A DNA stretch of 64,000 nt from Eledone cirrhosa (Eukaryota): the NCBI GenBank assembly GCA_964016885.1, contig OZ024740.1, forward strand, positions 222,704,001 through 222,768,000, given 5' to 3'. Made by a program: the position numbers and the translations under genes. Below are positions 28,141 to 40,863 of this stretch, piece by piece. The first letter of the stretch is position 1. Every line of letters starts with the position of its first letter. The notes under the pieces were generated by a model. It searched no databases and was not told where the DNA came from. It worked only from the letters and a program-made list of their open reading frames with translations.

Positions 28141-30078
28141 CAGTCTAATAAATGCCCCTTAATTGGAAAGTGTATGTTTAAAAATGTTGTTTAGCAATGT
28201 GATATTAAAATGAATCTGGGAATGTATAAGTACATAGGTGCGACCTCTAACTTTAAAAGACTATATGTCTGACACATGAAATCAACACTGCTTGTGAAGA
28301 AAATCTGGGATTCGAAACATAATAATACAATGTATGAGTCATCATGGTCAATTTTAAGATATGCCAAGCTATATCAGAGGGAAAGGTAAGAACAGGGCCG
28401 GATTTCATGTGGGGCAAAGGAGGTAATTTCCTGGGCTCCTCACATTGAAGGGGGGGGGGGGCATCATTGACTGCCATAGAAATTTATTTGTACCCTCTGC
28501 TGGGCTTTTTATATTCACCCCTTTGACAGCGAGAACTATATTTAAAAAAAGTAATTAATGTCCTTACTGTGGCAAAATTCATCACATTTTCTCAACTTTA
28601 GAGATATCAGAACAATATTCTAATAAAAAGTGTATGGAAAACATGGAATGAAGTTATAAAGAATGACATCAAGAAACTGAATTTGACAAATGAGATGAAA
28701 CAGGACAGAGCTGATTGATGATATGCCATAATACAAAAGACCTCCCCACCAGTACAAGCAATAAGACACTAAAAGTAAATGTGGTGAGAGATCAGAGGCT
28801 ACAGTGTTTGGCAATCGAATGGAGACAATATAGTGTTTAAGGTAATGCTATAGTCTGGTCAAGCATGTGACGAGCTCTTTGGTACTAGTGCTACGATAAA
28901 ATGCACTCAGAACATCCTGTACATTGTTAGTGCTGGTGCCTTAATAGAATATACCTAGTAAACTCTGTAAAGTGGCTGTGCTGATATGGAAAAAAAAAAC
29001 AATGCAGCTAGGAAACCCTCTCAAGTGGTTATGTTAGGAAGAGCATTCAACAATAGAAACGTGGGTGAGATTGCAAACTTTTCTACTCAGACGTATTGGA
29101 AATTATGAATGGAAAAGATCTGTTAAACTCAAGACATGACAAGATTTTTAAGTGCCAATATAGAACTCTGAGAGCCTTTTCAAAATACCATCAATACTAA
29201 CTCTCTCCTCTATATTCTCCTACTCCTTATGTAGACAATCTTTCATCCATATCACTGATTAACCCACATACATTTATATATGTTCTATAACACTAGCTAA
29301 GGTAATACACACATCTCACTTCCATACTCCCAAAACCACAACTATTCTATAGATCACTTATACTATATTACACTTTAGATAGTGGATGCAGCATCGTATT
29401 ACCTTAAATAGGTATTTTCAACACAAACAATTAGATTCTATACCATCAAATATCACAACTATATTATTTGATCCCATATCATCTCTACATCTATTTTCAC
29501 ACTAATTCCAGCATCTCTACATATCCATAATAACTTACATTTATCACAGCCATATATATCTATTTCTTTCAATGTGTCAGCAATCTACCATGTTTTTCCT
29601 CATCTAACTTGGCACCATCAACCAGATTAAGTTAAAGATATCAATTGTGATATCCGCATATTATCTTTTCTTATACTTGTTTTTTTTCCATACATTTTAT
29701 ATATTGCCCTAACTTTCACCTTCACCTAAATATATTCTCTCTCCCACCTATTTCAACAGCCCCATACACATAGTGAACTATACTTCACTACAGACTGACC
29801 GACTAATCACAAAATATACTTCTCTAATGGTCACCTTTCCCAGTTCTTCTAATGACCCACGAGCAAAATCCTTTGGCTATTATCAGGTTTCTTTACTACC
29901 AGTTCAACTTGTACGCTGATTTATTGTACACAAGCATGTATATTTGTATATTTGTTCAAATTTACATGTACATTATCTAGTATATTTGACCATAGATAAA
30001 TCGATGATGTGGCTGTGTACATACATAATTTACTATATAAGCATTTCCTTATCCAATTGGATTCAGTTTCTCCTGAAT

Positions 30079-30155
30079 TTCACTGATGATATGAATAATT
30101 CAACTATGCAGTTTTCATAGGCGATTCCATAACTGTATTGAAACATGTGTTAGAG
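30079..30155 (+). ncRNA. Degenerate hammerhead motif with long stem II at the end of a putative Penelope 3' remnant
   Basis: CTGATGA ... atgcagtt/aactgtat ... GAAA catgtg TT agag, followed by aaataaa and a (TA)n tract about 50 nt downstream. Confidence 0.5.
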
Positions 30156-30221
30156 TCCGTATTGCTGTATTGTAAAATAAATGTTTCTTCAAATTCAATT
30201 TGTCGATATATATATATATAT

Positions 30222-31176
30222 AAATACAAACATTCAATTTACAATGGAATACAGCCACGAACAACTTCCTTTCTTCGACATCCTTATCAAGAAAACCAAC
30301 AACAAAAGAGAAACAGACATATACTATAAACCTACAGACTCCAAACAGTATCTTCCACTCAATTCATGCCACCCTAGACACACCAAAATGGGCATTCCCT
30401 ACAACCTAGCCAAAAGAATCTGCACAATAGTATCTGATAAATACCCATGATACATACAACTAGAATAATTAAAGAACACACTTATTAGCAGGAATTACCC
30501 ACCATCCCTAATCAACAATGGATTCCAACGTGCCCTAAAATTCAACATCCAGGAACTTAGACACCCCAAACCAAGGAATGAATCAAAACTGAAAACTCTA
30601 CCATACATCTCCACACACAACCCCCTTAAGAATGAGGCATTCGACACCATCCTCCAGAACATACCTTTACTAAAAAGAGACCTAAGAATGAACCAAATCC
30701 TCCAAACGCACAATATCATAAAGAGTAAAAGACAACCTAAATCAATAAAAAATATCCTTACACAGGCCAAATTCCAGCCGACTCCCACAATGAATCCTAC
30801 AGTAAAAAAGGAGGGATTGGAGTTCCACTTCAAACAAGGACAACACTTTACAGTTAAGTGCAATTTCACATGTGCATCAGAAAACCTGATCTATGTGTTG
30901 ACTTGCTCAGATTGTCGAGTGCACTACATAGGACAGACAAAAAACAGCCTCCGACAACGTATGACCGTCTATAGATCCCAAATCAAAATACGGGAATACA
31001 GAAAGATAGCACTAAATGAACACATTGCGATCTGCGCATCTAATGAACAACCCAATTTTAGAATTTTTCCCATCTACAAATTCAAAGACAACACTTCCTA
31101 CATCCAACGCATTACCAAGGAATCACAATTTATCGCCAAATAGGAAACCCTTCTGAATGCTTCCACTTCGGACTAA
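30222..31176 (+). pseudogene. Penelope-like element remnant: RT C-terminus/thumb plus GIY-YIG endonuclease
   Basis: IQFTME..LPFFDI...DIYYKPTD..YL..NSCHP.H.K (Penelope-like RT end) and FTCASENLIYVLTC.DC..HYIGQT..LRQRM (GIY-YIG). In-frame stops; 5'-truncated at a TA tract. Confidence 0.9.
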
Positions 31177-31956
31177 ACCAAATCTGGCACACTTGAAAAT
31201 CAACACCCTAGACAAATTAACTCTTTACAATTATATAATGTAGACCAAGCAACCACATAGTAACACCCACATCAGCAAGTCCTGAAGGACCTCCACGAAG
31301 ATAATTGAATAACTGGAAACATTCAGGTGCCAAACTAAATGCTTTACATTCCCCTGAATCAGGAAGCTTCTGCTGAAGATAGAATGGATGTTCTAGAGGC
31401 TCTGAACCCCTCTTTGTAGCAACATTTTCTCCATCCCCCTAAATCTAAAATTCCTGCTAGGGATGGAATTAATATTTCAATAACTCCAAACCTTCTTTGT
31501 GGCAAAAAAAAGTTTAATGTTGATGATTTCTTCTAAGAAAAAATACTAAGATAGATATTTTTAGAAGCCCCCCCTCCCCGTCAACTCTAAGGTTAACCAG
31601 CCTTTCGAACCAATCCCAGCCCAACCTTGTATCCACTATTCAAAGGGTCCCACATAGCAGTCTGCAGCCACAACAACCATCCCCTACCGCCTCCCTTCCT
31701 TCTTCTTCTCCCCTCCTGCTTTTACCCTCTCCAGTCACAACAAAGGGATTAGCAGGGAAGGATGGACAGACAAAATGACGTTCTTCTCTGAAGGATCACA
31801 TATGTGAAAATTAACTTTTTCTTCCCCCTCTCTATATATTTGTTTTTTATTATCATTATTTTCACTATTTGTACAAATATGCAACTTAACTATATTCTGC
31901 ATATCCGCAATTGACAATGCATTTAATGCTGAAACCGGTATTGTAAATAAATTAAT

Positions 31957-32092
31957 TGTTTCTACTTTAGGCACAAGGCCAGCAATCACCAGTTCATTAC
32001 TGGTACTTTATTTTATCGACCCCGTAAGGATGAAAGGCAAAGTCAACCTCGGCGGGATTTGAACTCAGATCGTAAAGGGACATAACTATGCT
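31957..32092 (-). mobile_element. SINE family B, 5'-truncated, 20-bp TSD
   Basis: ggtattgtaaataaattaat at 31937-31956 and 32093-32112. Confidence 0.9.
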
Positions 32093-32256
32093 GGTATTGT
32101 AAATAAATTAATGCTTTGAAATTTCACTAAAAATATCTCTTCAACATTTTTTACAGAAAAACTCTTTTTCCTTTCTACTATTTGTGTATATATATAAATA
32201 TATATATATGTGTCCAACCCTTGCAAGCAAAGAAGAGCGGACGTAACATGATGATG

Positions 32257-32320
<64 letters not shown>

Positions 32321-32439
32321 AGGTGAGTTTTATTGTAGTACAATAAAGCAATGCAAATATCGGGTAAGTAGCACTCAACAGTTTATTGGACTGGAGTATA
32401 TATAAGAAGAAATTAAAAGATGGTTAAAAAAGTTCCATG

Positions 32440-32510
32440 TATTTTATTATGCGCATTTCAAAAACAAATATCATCCAGGGACGAAATTTGCGTTCTCGTC
32501 AGATAAAATA
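32440..32510 (-). ncRNA. Type I hammerhead ribozyme
   Basis: Minus strand: tattttat CTGACGA gaacgcaaat...atttgttttt GAAA tgcgca TA ataaaata. Perfect 8-bp stem I and palindromic TGCGCA stem III. Confidence 0.85.
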
Positions 32511-33591
32511 GGGAGACATGATATGAAGCTTAAAAAAGACACTTCTGAGCAAGGTAGTGTCTAAACTGAGCAAGGTAGTGTTTAAACAACATATGTTGAT
32601 TAGACACTATACTGTAAATGTGGTTGGTGTTAGGAAGGGCATCCAGCTGTAAAAAGACCTGCCAGAGACACTTATGTGTGAGCGAGACATAGTCTCCCGA
32701 CCATTCCCGCATCAAATGGAACAAAACCGTCTGACCCATGCTAGCATGGAAGATGGACTTTAAATGATGATAATGATGATGATGATGATATCGCCACCGA
32801 CGAATGCAAGAAATTCTCCAGGAAAGTTAACCAGGAATCTTTAAAAATCTCCCCACTGAAGTTAACAAAGAACTTACTAGATCTACCAAATCATAATATA
32901 AAATTAAATCAAATTGTTTAGAACTACAAGTGAAGTCATTCTTTCCCTTTTTTTAAATATATTTATATACGCACATAAGAGATTATATTGTTATTTATTT
33001 AGTTATTAATATTTATATTCAATGACTTCATTATTGCAAATATAGCTGGATTATTATAGTAATATTTTTATTGTTATCTTATTGAAAATATACACTTGAA
33101 AATTGTGTTATTTTTATCATATTTTAAGTTATTAATATGTTTTCTATTTTTAAAATTAAAAATTGTTTTATAATGTTGGTTAAGTACCATGAAATTATGA
33201 TTGTTTTATCTATGTAACATTTCCTGATGTTACCTACCTGTCATGTGACAGATCACATTATAGTCATATAAGATTATACACTGGAATGGTTACATAGAGA
33301 GATTTTGAATTGAAGCTGTCACATTAATGTCAGTTAAAGCAACAATTGTAACGTAAGTGTATAGGAAACAATGCAGGATACTCTATGAGCCCCTGGACTT
33401 GCTAAAACTAACAGATAAATAAGTCTTAAATCACACCCAAATAATAAATATAATAAGGAGGGAAGGAAGAATATATTTGATAATCTAGTTTCAGATGTAT
33501 TCTGCTTCAATGAAAGGGATAAGGTGACAAGGGTTGAACCACAGCTGATCATACAGCAACAACAAGACCACCACCACCACCACCACCACCA

Positions 33592-33638
<47 letters not shown>

Positions 33639-33785
33639 AAAGTTTTATTTAAAATTGTTGGGTTACAACAAGTAAATATTTTATAACTGATATAAAGCAC
33701 TCGACAAGTTTTTAGCTTCCTACCTTAATGGTCGCTCATATTTATGGTACGTCAAAATTATTTATAAAACTGTTTATATATTGTA

Positions 33786-33847
33786 TTTTATCTGACGAAG
33801 GCATGCCATATTTTTAATATGGTATCCCCGAAATATGTATAATGAAA
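33786..33847 (+). ncRNA. Type I hammerhead ribozyme
   Basis: ttttat CTGACGA aggc-atgccatatt-ttt-aatatggtat-ccc-c GAAA tatgta TA atgaaa. Confidence 0.8.
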
Positions 33848-34550
33848 TAAATATGGTTTTATAAATATAGTTTCCATTTGTTTAATATCGTATATATATA
33901 TATATATATATATATATACTTCCTTTTTGAATTTGTTTTGCAAGATTTATCTGAAAATGTGTGTTGAAACAGATATTGTTATACTTTGGAAGGTTCATGT
34001 TGCCAACAAAAAAACACGCACCTGTTGGTTTTCACTTCAATTTATTATAAATTTCCAGTTGGCTGGTTGGTTCAAGAACAGGGAGGTTGTTTATATATTG
34101 TCAAAGCTCTTTCATCACATTTTCTGTGACCTCCTCAGTGACTAGGTTTATATTTTATGTCCCTCCTTTGTTCTGTCCTCACCGCTCTTTTGCCCATATG
34201 TTAATCAACTAACAGACCTGAACAACCCAAAACTACCCACCACTAACACTACTAATCCTCAACTACCACCAATTTCACCCCACCATCAACATACACAAAC
34301 ACAGACACACACAAATATACATACTCACATACATAGAAATAACTGAGAAAGTTACACATATACACACACATAAACACATGTACCTCCAAAGCTCCCTTCC
34401 AAATCACTTCTGTTCTGTGTGCACCACCACCTCTCACTCCCCATTCTCCGCCTCTCCCACTTCCACTCCGACCAATATATTTCTGGACATCATACAGCTC
34501 CCTCCTCAACCACCTTTCTGGACTGGATTGCTGCGAATATTCTGACACAA

Positions 34551-34552
<2 letters not shown>

Positions 34553-34613
<61 letters not shown>
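34553..34613. repeat. (CA)n microsatellite
   Basis: Directly visible. Confidence 0.95.
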
Positions 34614-34617
<4 letters not shown>

Positions 34618-34935
34618 GACACACCCATTCATATGCACAAAAAAAGCAAAATACTCAGAGACACACACCAACAATATAAGACTCTGAGACACCTACTTAT
34701 TCACACACACACACACAGACTGAAGCAACACATATCTACCGATTTAATCCCTTCAGCACATACACGACCACATGCATGACACAACTGGACCTCTATTTCA
34801 GTCCCTCATCCCATTGCTGGACCTTTCACCTCCCACCCCAACCTATTAATCTTCCCCCAAAACCCTTTACTTAACTTGCTTTCAAATTTTCAAACACCAC
34901 TTTCATATTCCTATCTATTCTCTCCTTATCCAAAC

Positions 34936-34972
34936 TTTCCTGACGAAGGACTTCTGTCCGAAATGCCAAACC
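34936..34972 (+). ncRNA. Hammerhead core (stems I and III decayed)
   Basis: CTGACGA a-ggac-ttct-gtcc GAAA; about 85 nt upstream of a (TA)n tract. Confidence 0.55.
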
Positions 34973-35119
34973 CTCCTCCACTTTCTCCAAACATGAACTT
35001 AATATAACTGTGTATTTTTGCAACCTTGTGTTTGTTTTGTTTCATTTATCAACTATATATATATATATATATTAGTGAAAAAGAACAAATGAACTATTAT
35101 GACATTATTACAAGTTTAT

Positions 35120-35166
35120 TGCCGACAGCCGTTTCGTCCGACCATATGGTGGGACTTTTCAAGGCA
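35120..35166 (-). ncRNA. Minimal hammerhead ribozyme, U3-A8 variant
   Basis: Minus strand: tgcc TTGAAAA gtcc-c-accatatggt-c-ggac GAAA cggctg TC ggca, followed by aataaa. Confidence 0.75.
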
Positions 35167-35789
35167 TATAACATGTGATTGTAAGATCATTATTTACATC
35201 AACGTATCACTCAAGGCTAGCAGTTTGAAATTGTGGTATACATCAGCAGCTCCGCTTGTATAGTTGGGGTCTATATTCTAAGGGGGCTCTTTTATATTAG
35301 TTGTCGGGGTCAGGGATTGAAGGTTAAAAATTAGATAATATATAATTTACGCATTAACAGTAAACTAAAAGACTTGGGATCCCGTAGAAGCACCTTAAAA
35401 AATCCCTCAATAAGTGCATAAAGCTTACAGGCCCGAATAAACCTAATAAACTAGAAGAAATTAAGAGGCTAATAAAATAAAAAATAAAAATATAAAGTTT
35501 CCCTAAAAAAAAAAAAATATATAAAGTTTCCTGAAATGAAATTCCTTCGAGAGAAAAACATTTTTTCCGAAAGAAAAAACTTTCTTCCCCCGAGATCACG
35601 TTTACAAATTTCAGAAAACTTACGAAGTTTTGATATTCCCTACTAAGTTGAAAGAAACTAATCAATTAAAGGTTAATTCAAAGAGCCTTCTATAAGAGCC
35701 TCCTATAGAGCTTAACTAGCTACCGTCACATATTTGGTAGGTCAGACGTGATCATCGCGATTCACATACGACCTACCATACATCTTACT

Positions 35790-35825
<36 letters not shown>

Positions 35826-35841
35826 TATATATATATATATA

Positions 35842-36142
35842 TTCATTCATTCATTCATTTCATTTACGTCCGCCTTTCCCTGCTTGCAAGGGTGGGACGG
35901 GAACTGATTCTGGCTTGATTTCTACAGCTGGATGCCCTTCCTAACACTAACCTCATTTACAGTGAGTGCTGGGTGCTTTTTTGCTGTGGCACCTCCACGA
36001 CCACTTTGCAGTGAGTAAACTGCTGAGTAAACTGGAGCAATGTGAAATAAAGTATCTTGCTCAAGGAAACAACACATCACCCGGTCTGAGAATTGAACTC
36101 ACAACCTTTCGATTGCAAGGCCAATGCTCTAACCACTAAGCC
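35842..36142 (-). mobile_element. SINE family A copy
   Basis: Reverse complement of 18329-18679 with an internal rearrangement; (GAAT)n tail; inserted in a TA tract. Confidence 0.85.
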
Positions 36143-36161
36143 ATATATATATATATATATA

Positions 36162-36492
36162 TATACATGAATGTATGTATAGTATATTTGGTAATATACT
36201 GTATATTTAATTAAAAACATGTTGAAGACCTTGCGCTATTATTTTAAAGTAGTGAGTATGTCACTTACTTCATTTTTCAGCAAAGGAAGGGAGACCAACA
36301 GTGTGAAACAGATCTTTCAGCTTCTCTCCCTTCCTTTGCTGAAAAATGAAGTAATTGACATAGTCACTACTTTAAAATAATAGCGCAAGGTCTTCAAAAT
36401 GTTTTTAATTAAACATACAGTATATTACCAGATATACTATACAAACATTCATGTATACATCGCTATTTCAGAGCACCAATCCTAATTTTTAA
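36162..36492. mobile_element. Foldback of Penelope-like terminal repeat family C
   Basis: Inverted arms 36162-36294 and 36325-36456. The loop holds a half hammerhead (gtgtGAAAcagatctttcagct). Homologous to 38550-38790. Confidence 0.8.
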
Positions 36493-36764
36493 CATACATA
36501 TATTTATATATATTTGTCTCTCATCTCTTACACGACTGGACAGCATTTGGCTTGTGTCAGATGCTATGACAACCTGATGAAACTGCCAAAGTTCACCTCA
36601 ACGGCTGATGACCCTGGTGCTCTGTTCTGTGTCCTTTGTTGACATTTTTATTTTTGTTAAATAATTATTTTGGGTTTCTCCTTAAAATATTGTTTTTTGT
36701 TCACTGTCTTGTCCGCTCTTTGATAATTTTCTTAAGTTTATATATATCATCATCACCATCATCG

Positions 36765-36820
<56 letters not shown>

Positions 36821-36825
<5 letters not shown>

Positions 36826-37337
36826 ATACTTGGAGAGGGTCATATTGTTGTAAATATATTGCCAGAAATAATAACAGAACACACTCACTGTTTTGTTGGT
36901 TTTCGCTTCTGTATCTTTTATATCTCCACAGTTAATTCATTTGGTCCTCAATATTTATCATTGACTGACCAACGGTCAAAAATACAGATATAATATATAT
37001 ATAAACACATATATATATAGTCTAACAGAGTTCTTTCCTTGCACATCTGCAGCATCATCAGTGGTACTATTATGTTCCTCCTGTTGTATTGTATGTCTAC
37101 GCCAAATGGCGTAGACATATATATGTGTTTATATATATATTATATCTGTATTTTTGACCGTTGGTCAGTCAATGATAAACATTGAGGACCAAATGAATTA
37201 ACTGTGGTGATATAACAGATAAAGAAGCGAAAACCAACAAAACTGAGTGTGTTCTTTTATTATTTCTGGCAATATTATTACTACAATATGACCCTTTCCA
37301 AGTATAACAATATTTGTTTTGACACACGATTTCATAT
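36821..37337. mobile_element. Foldback of Penelope-like terminal repeat family B with a hammerhead (37023-37066, minus)
   Basis: Inverted arms 36821-37018 and 37118-37310; same sequence as the termini of 39080-41082. Minus strand reads tacca CTGATGA tgctgcagatgtgcaag GAAA gaa CTC tgtta. Confidence 0.85.
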
Positions 37338-38576
37338 CATGGCTGGATTGTTAAGAAGTCCACTTCACAAAAACGTAGTTTTAGATTCAGTCCCACTGCC
37401 AGGCATCTTGAAAATGGGTTTCTTATATAACCCCAGTTTAATCAATGCCAAGGTAAAGGATTTAGTATATTGGAATGGTAGGAAGCCTGTCATGTGTATA
37501 TGTTTATTCCAGGCTCTGAAACATCATATCAACACAGTATATAAAGCAAATAGTGATATTTTTTATGTCTCCCATAAACAATATATCCTGCAGCAAAGTA
37601 TTTTGACTCATATTTACAATACCTATATATATATATACTTATATATACATATACATCCATATATATACATATACATACACATATACATATATACACAGAG
37701 ATATGCACGGTAAGTTGTGGGGTCTATTCTGCATGAAGAACTCAATGTAATCCATATGTTGAAAATGTTGTAGGTTAAGATAAATTGCGGAAAACAATAA
37801 AACATTAAAAGGAAAACAGAGTCATGATATAAATTAAAACGATGAAATAAAAAATCAAGTCATTAGAGATATACTTCACTGCTTTACGATCGTTTCTAGG
37901 TGATGATAATACATTGTAGCTATACTTCGTTATTGATCTATGCAAGGTTTGTTACAAAATATCAGATAAAAAGAATATTTACTTACATGCATATCACCAG
38001 CTGCTTTCAAAAGCAATAATAATTTTATTCAAAATTAGTAGTATATTAGTATCTTGTCCTTATTTGGAGGTAGTTGAAGAACTAACCAATCAAATTGTTT
38101 TTTTTCCATATGATGTTAAGATGAAAAGTAATTCACTTTAGTTGAGGTCATGACCCTTTGACAGGAATGGTCGAATGGTGTTAATAATAGAATTGCCATA
38201 AAAAATCTATTAGGAGGAAAGCGATTGTCAAATTGATAGTTGAATGTATCTGGTATAGTGAAGTTTAAAAGGAATGTAAAAATAAATGGTGTTGTATGGA
38301 GTTTTCAGGTGAATATAAATTAAGGTCATGGCTAGGAAAGATAGTATATTAAAAGATGAATATTAAATGATGAATGTTTGATTCTTATAGAATTCCAGTA
38401 ATAATCAGGAACTGATTATACAGAGCGGTTGCCGGTCAAGCAGAAATTGAAAATTAGAATTAGTGCTCTGAAATAGCGATATATATATGTATGGATGTAT
38501 ATTACTGTTCCTGATTATTACTGGAATTCTATAAGAATCAAACATTCATGATTTTCAGCAAACAGGAGGAGTAGTT

Positions 38577-38621
38577 AGCTTTGATAAGCACCAAAAAGTG
38601 CGAAACAGAGCTCTGTCAGTT
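38577..38621 (+). ncRNA. Hammerhead ribozyme, U3-A8 variant, copy 1
   Basis: agct TTGATAA gcac-caaaaa-gtgc GAAA cagagctctg TC agtt; palindromic stem III CAGAGCTCTG and GUC site. Confidence 0.85.
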
Positions 38622-38894
38622 TTATCTCCCCTGTTTGCTGAAATTAAAGTAAGTGAAACTGTCACTACTCTAAAACATTAGCGTAAGGTCTTCGAAATGC
38701 TTTTAATTAAGCATACAGTGTATTGCAAAATACACTATATATACATTCATATATATATCGCTATTTCAGAGCACCAATTCTAATTTTCAATTTCTGCTTG
38801 ACCGGCAATCGCTCTGTATAATCAGTTCCTGATTATTACTGGAATTCTATAAGAATCAAACATTCATGATTTTCAGCAAACAGGCGGAGTAGTT

Positions 38895-38939
38895 AGCTTT
38901 GATAAGCAACAAAAAGTGCGAAACAAATCTCTGTCAGCT
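38895..38939 (+). ncRNA. Hammerhead ribozyme, U3-A8 variant, copy 2
   Basis: agct TTGATAA gcaacaaaaagtgc GAAA caaatctctg TC agct; mismatches in stems II and III. Confidence 0.7.
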
Positions 38940-39599
38940 TTATCTCCCCTGTTTGCTGAAAATTAAAGTAAGTGAGACTGTCACTACTCTAAAACAATAG
39001 CGTAAGGTCTTCGAAATGCTTTTAATTAAGCATGCAGTGTATTGCAAAATACACTATATATACATATATATATATATATAGTTATACTTGGGGAGGGTCA
39101 TATTGTTGTAATAATATTGCCAGAATTAATAACAGAACACACTCACTGTTTGGTTGGTTTTCGCTTCTGTATCTTTTATATCAGCTAATTTGTTCGGTCC
39201 TCAATGTTTACCATTGACTGACAACAGTAAAAAATACAGATATAATATAAACACAAACACATATATATAGTCTAACAAAGTTCTTTCGTTGCACATCTGC
39301 AACATCGTCAGTGGTGCTATTATGCTTCCTCCTGTTGTATTGTATGTCTACGCCATCTTTATTTAATCTGTGTATTTATTTATTTATTTATTTTTGTCTT
39401 CTTCTCTGCGCATGCGTTTGCATGTGTGTATAGTGTTTGATGTGTGTTCGTGTTTTGGGTGACTGTGTTTTGGTTATTGTATTCTATCTTGGTTTACTAA
39501 TGTGTCTTTATATGTGTTTGTTGTTATTGTGCTTGTGTATGTATCTATTTATTTATATTTCTCTCGTCTACAGATTACTATGGATTAACACTACAGATT

Positions 39600-40572
39600 A
39601 GCACTCTGGATTAACACGATAGACGAGAGAGCCCAAATTCTCCACTCACACTACGCTAAACACATAGCCTCCAAATACCTGATACTCAAAAACTCAGCAA
39701 TGTCCAGTAGTGCTAAGTTTAATATTCTGATCGCAGACTTGGTACGAGTGATGAAGAACGTGTCCCACATGTGCGACCCAACAGAAATGAAAAGACACAT
39801 CCAACACTTCATCAACCGCATGCAGTTCTCTGGTTACAACCAAAGAGACAGAATCAGAGTATACGAAGGAGCCACGGAGAAGTATAAGACCCTCATAGAA
39901 CTGGACATGAAAGGAATTTGCCCATTATACAGGAGCAAATCATGGAATAGCTTAGATAGGACTAAACATAAGATAGGGAAAGCCACCTCATGGTACGACA
40001 ACCAGAGATACCAGAGTCTCATGTTCGTGGATGCTACCACTGGAGGGAAATTAGCTAACCAGTGTAGAAAGGCCCTGAGAAAGACCCACTTAAAGATTAA
40101 GGTGGTAGAAAAGCCAAGAACCACCATAAAATCCCTGATCAGCAAAACATACCCTTTTAAGAAAACCCACTGTACTAATAGGAAATGTATTATATGTAAA
40201 GTAAACCCCCGTATAAACTGTAAAACTAGAAACGTAGTCTATAACATAAGATGTACAAAGGGTACTTGCAGAAACATGATAACAACATACATAGGCGAGA
40301 CAGCTCGTAGCATAGGTGAAAGGATAGATCAACACTGGGGGGAACTAAAAGGATGAAAAAACGGTTCAGTACTCTACGAACACGCCAGACAACAACATGA
40401 TGGTAACATAGACAATATAGAAATTAAAATAATATCTAAACATAGAAATGACCCAGCAGATAGGCAAATCAGAGAAGCCAGTGAAATAGAACTTAGAAGG
40501 CCAAAGCTAAACAGAAAAAATGAATTGAATAACAACACCCAAACAAACAACACTGACCTAAGAGAAATATAA
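39600..40572 (+). pseudogene. Penelope-like ORF C-terminus (thumb, Cys-rich linker, GIY-YIG endonuclease)
   Basis: RMQFSGY, MFVDATTGGKLA, C..C..C...NCKTRNVVYNIRC...YIGETARSIGERIDQH. One stop at 40354, then SVLYEHARQQH...RQIREA...PKLNRKNE. Confidence 0.9.
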
Positions 40573-40819
40573 ATAAATAAATAAATAAATACATACACAA
40601 GCACAATAATAACACACACATATAAACACACACTAGTAAACTAAGATATAATACAATAACCAAAACACAGTCACCCAAACACGAACACACACCAAACACT
40701 ATACACACACGCAAATGCATGCGCAGAGAAGAAGACAAAAATTAATAAATAAATAAATAAATAAACAGATTAAATAAAGATGGCGTAGACATACAATACA
40801 ACAGGAGGAAACATAATAG

Positions 40820-40863
40820 CATCACTGACGATGTTGCAGATGTGCAACGAAAGAACTTTGTTA
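40820..40863 (+). ncRNA. Minimal hammerhead in the Penelope 3' terminal repeat
   Basis: catca CTGACGA t-gttgca-gatg-tgcaac GAAA gaa CTT tgtta; stem I is imperfect. Confidence 0.7.

Larger units (their letters stand above)
38508..39062 (+). repeat. Tandem 318-bp units, each containing a hammerhead
   Basis: The sequence from 38508 recurs from 38826. Putative cleavage Cs at 38617 and 38935 are 318 nt apart. An inverted partial copy lies at 38372-38488. Confidence 0.9.

Noticed and set aside
28392-28465. hAT-MITE-like end CAGGGCCGGATT
   Set aside because: No opposite end or TSD identified.
36573-36615. Two CTGATGA motifs
   Set aside because: No downstream GAAA or stems forming a hammerhead.
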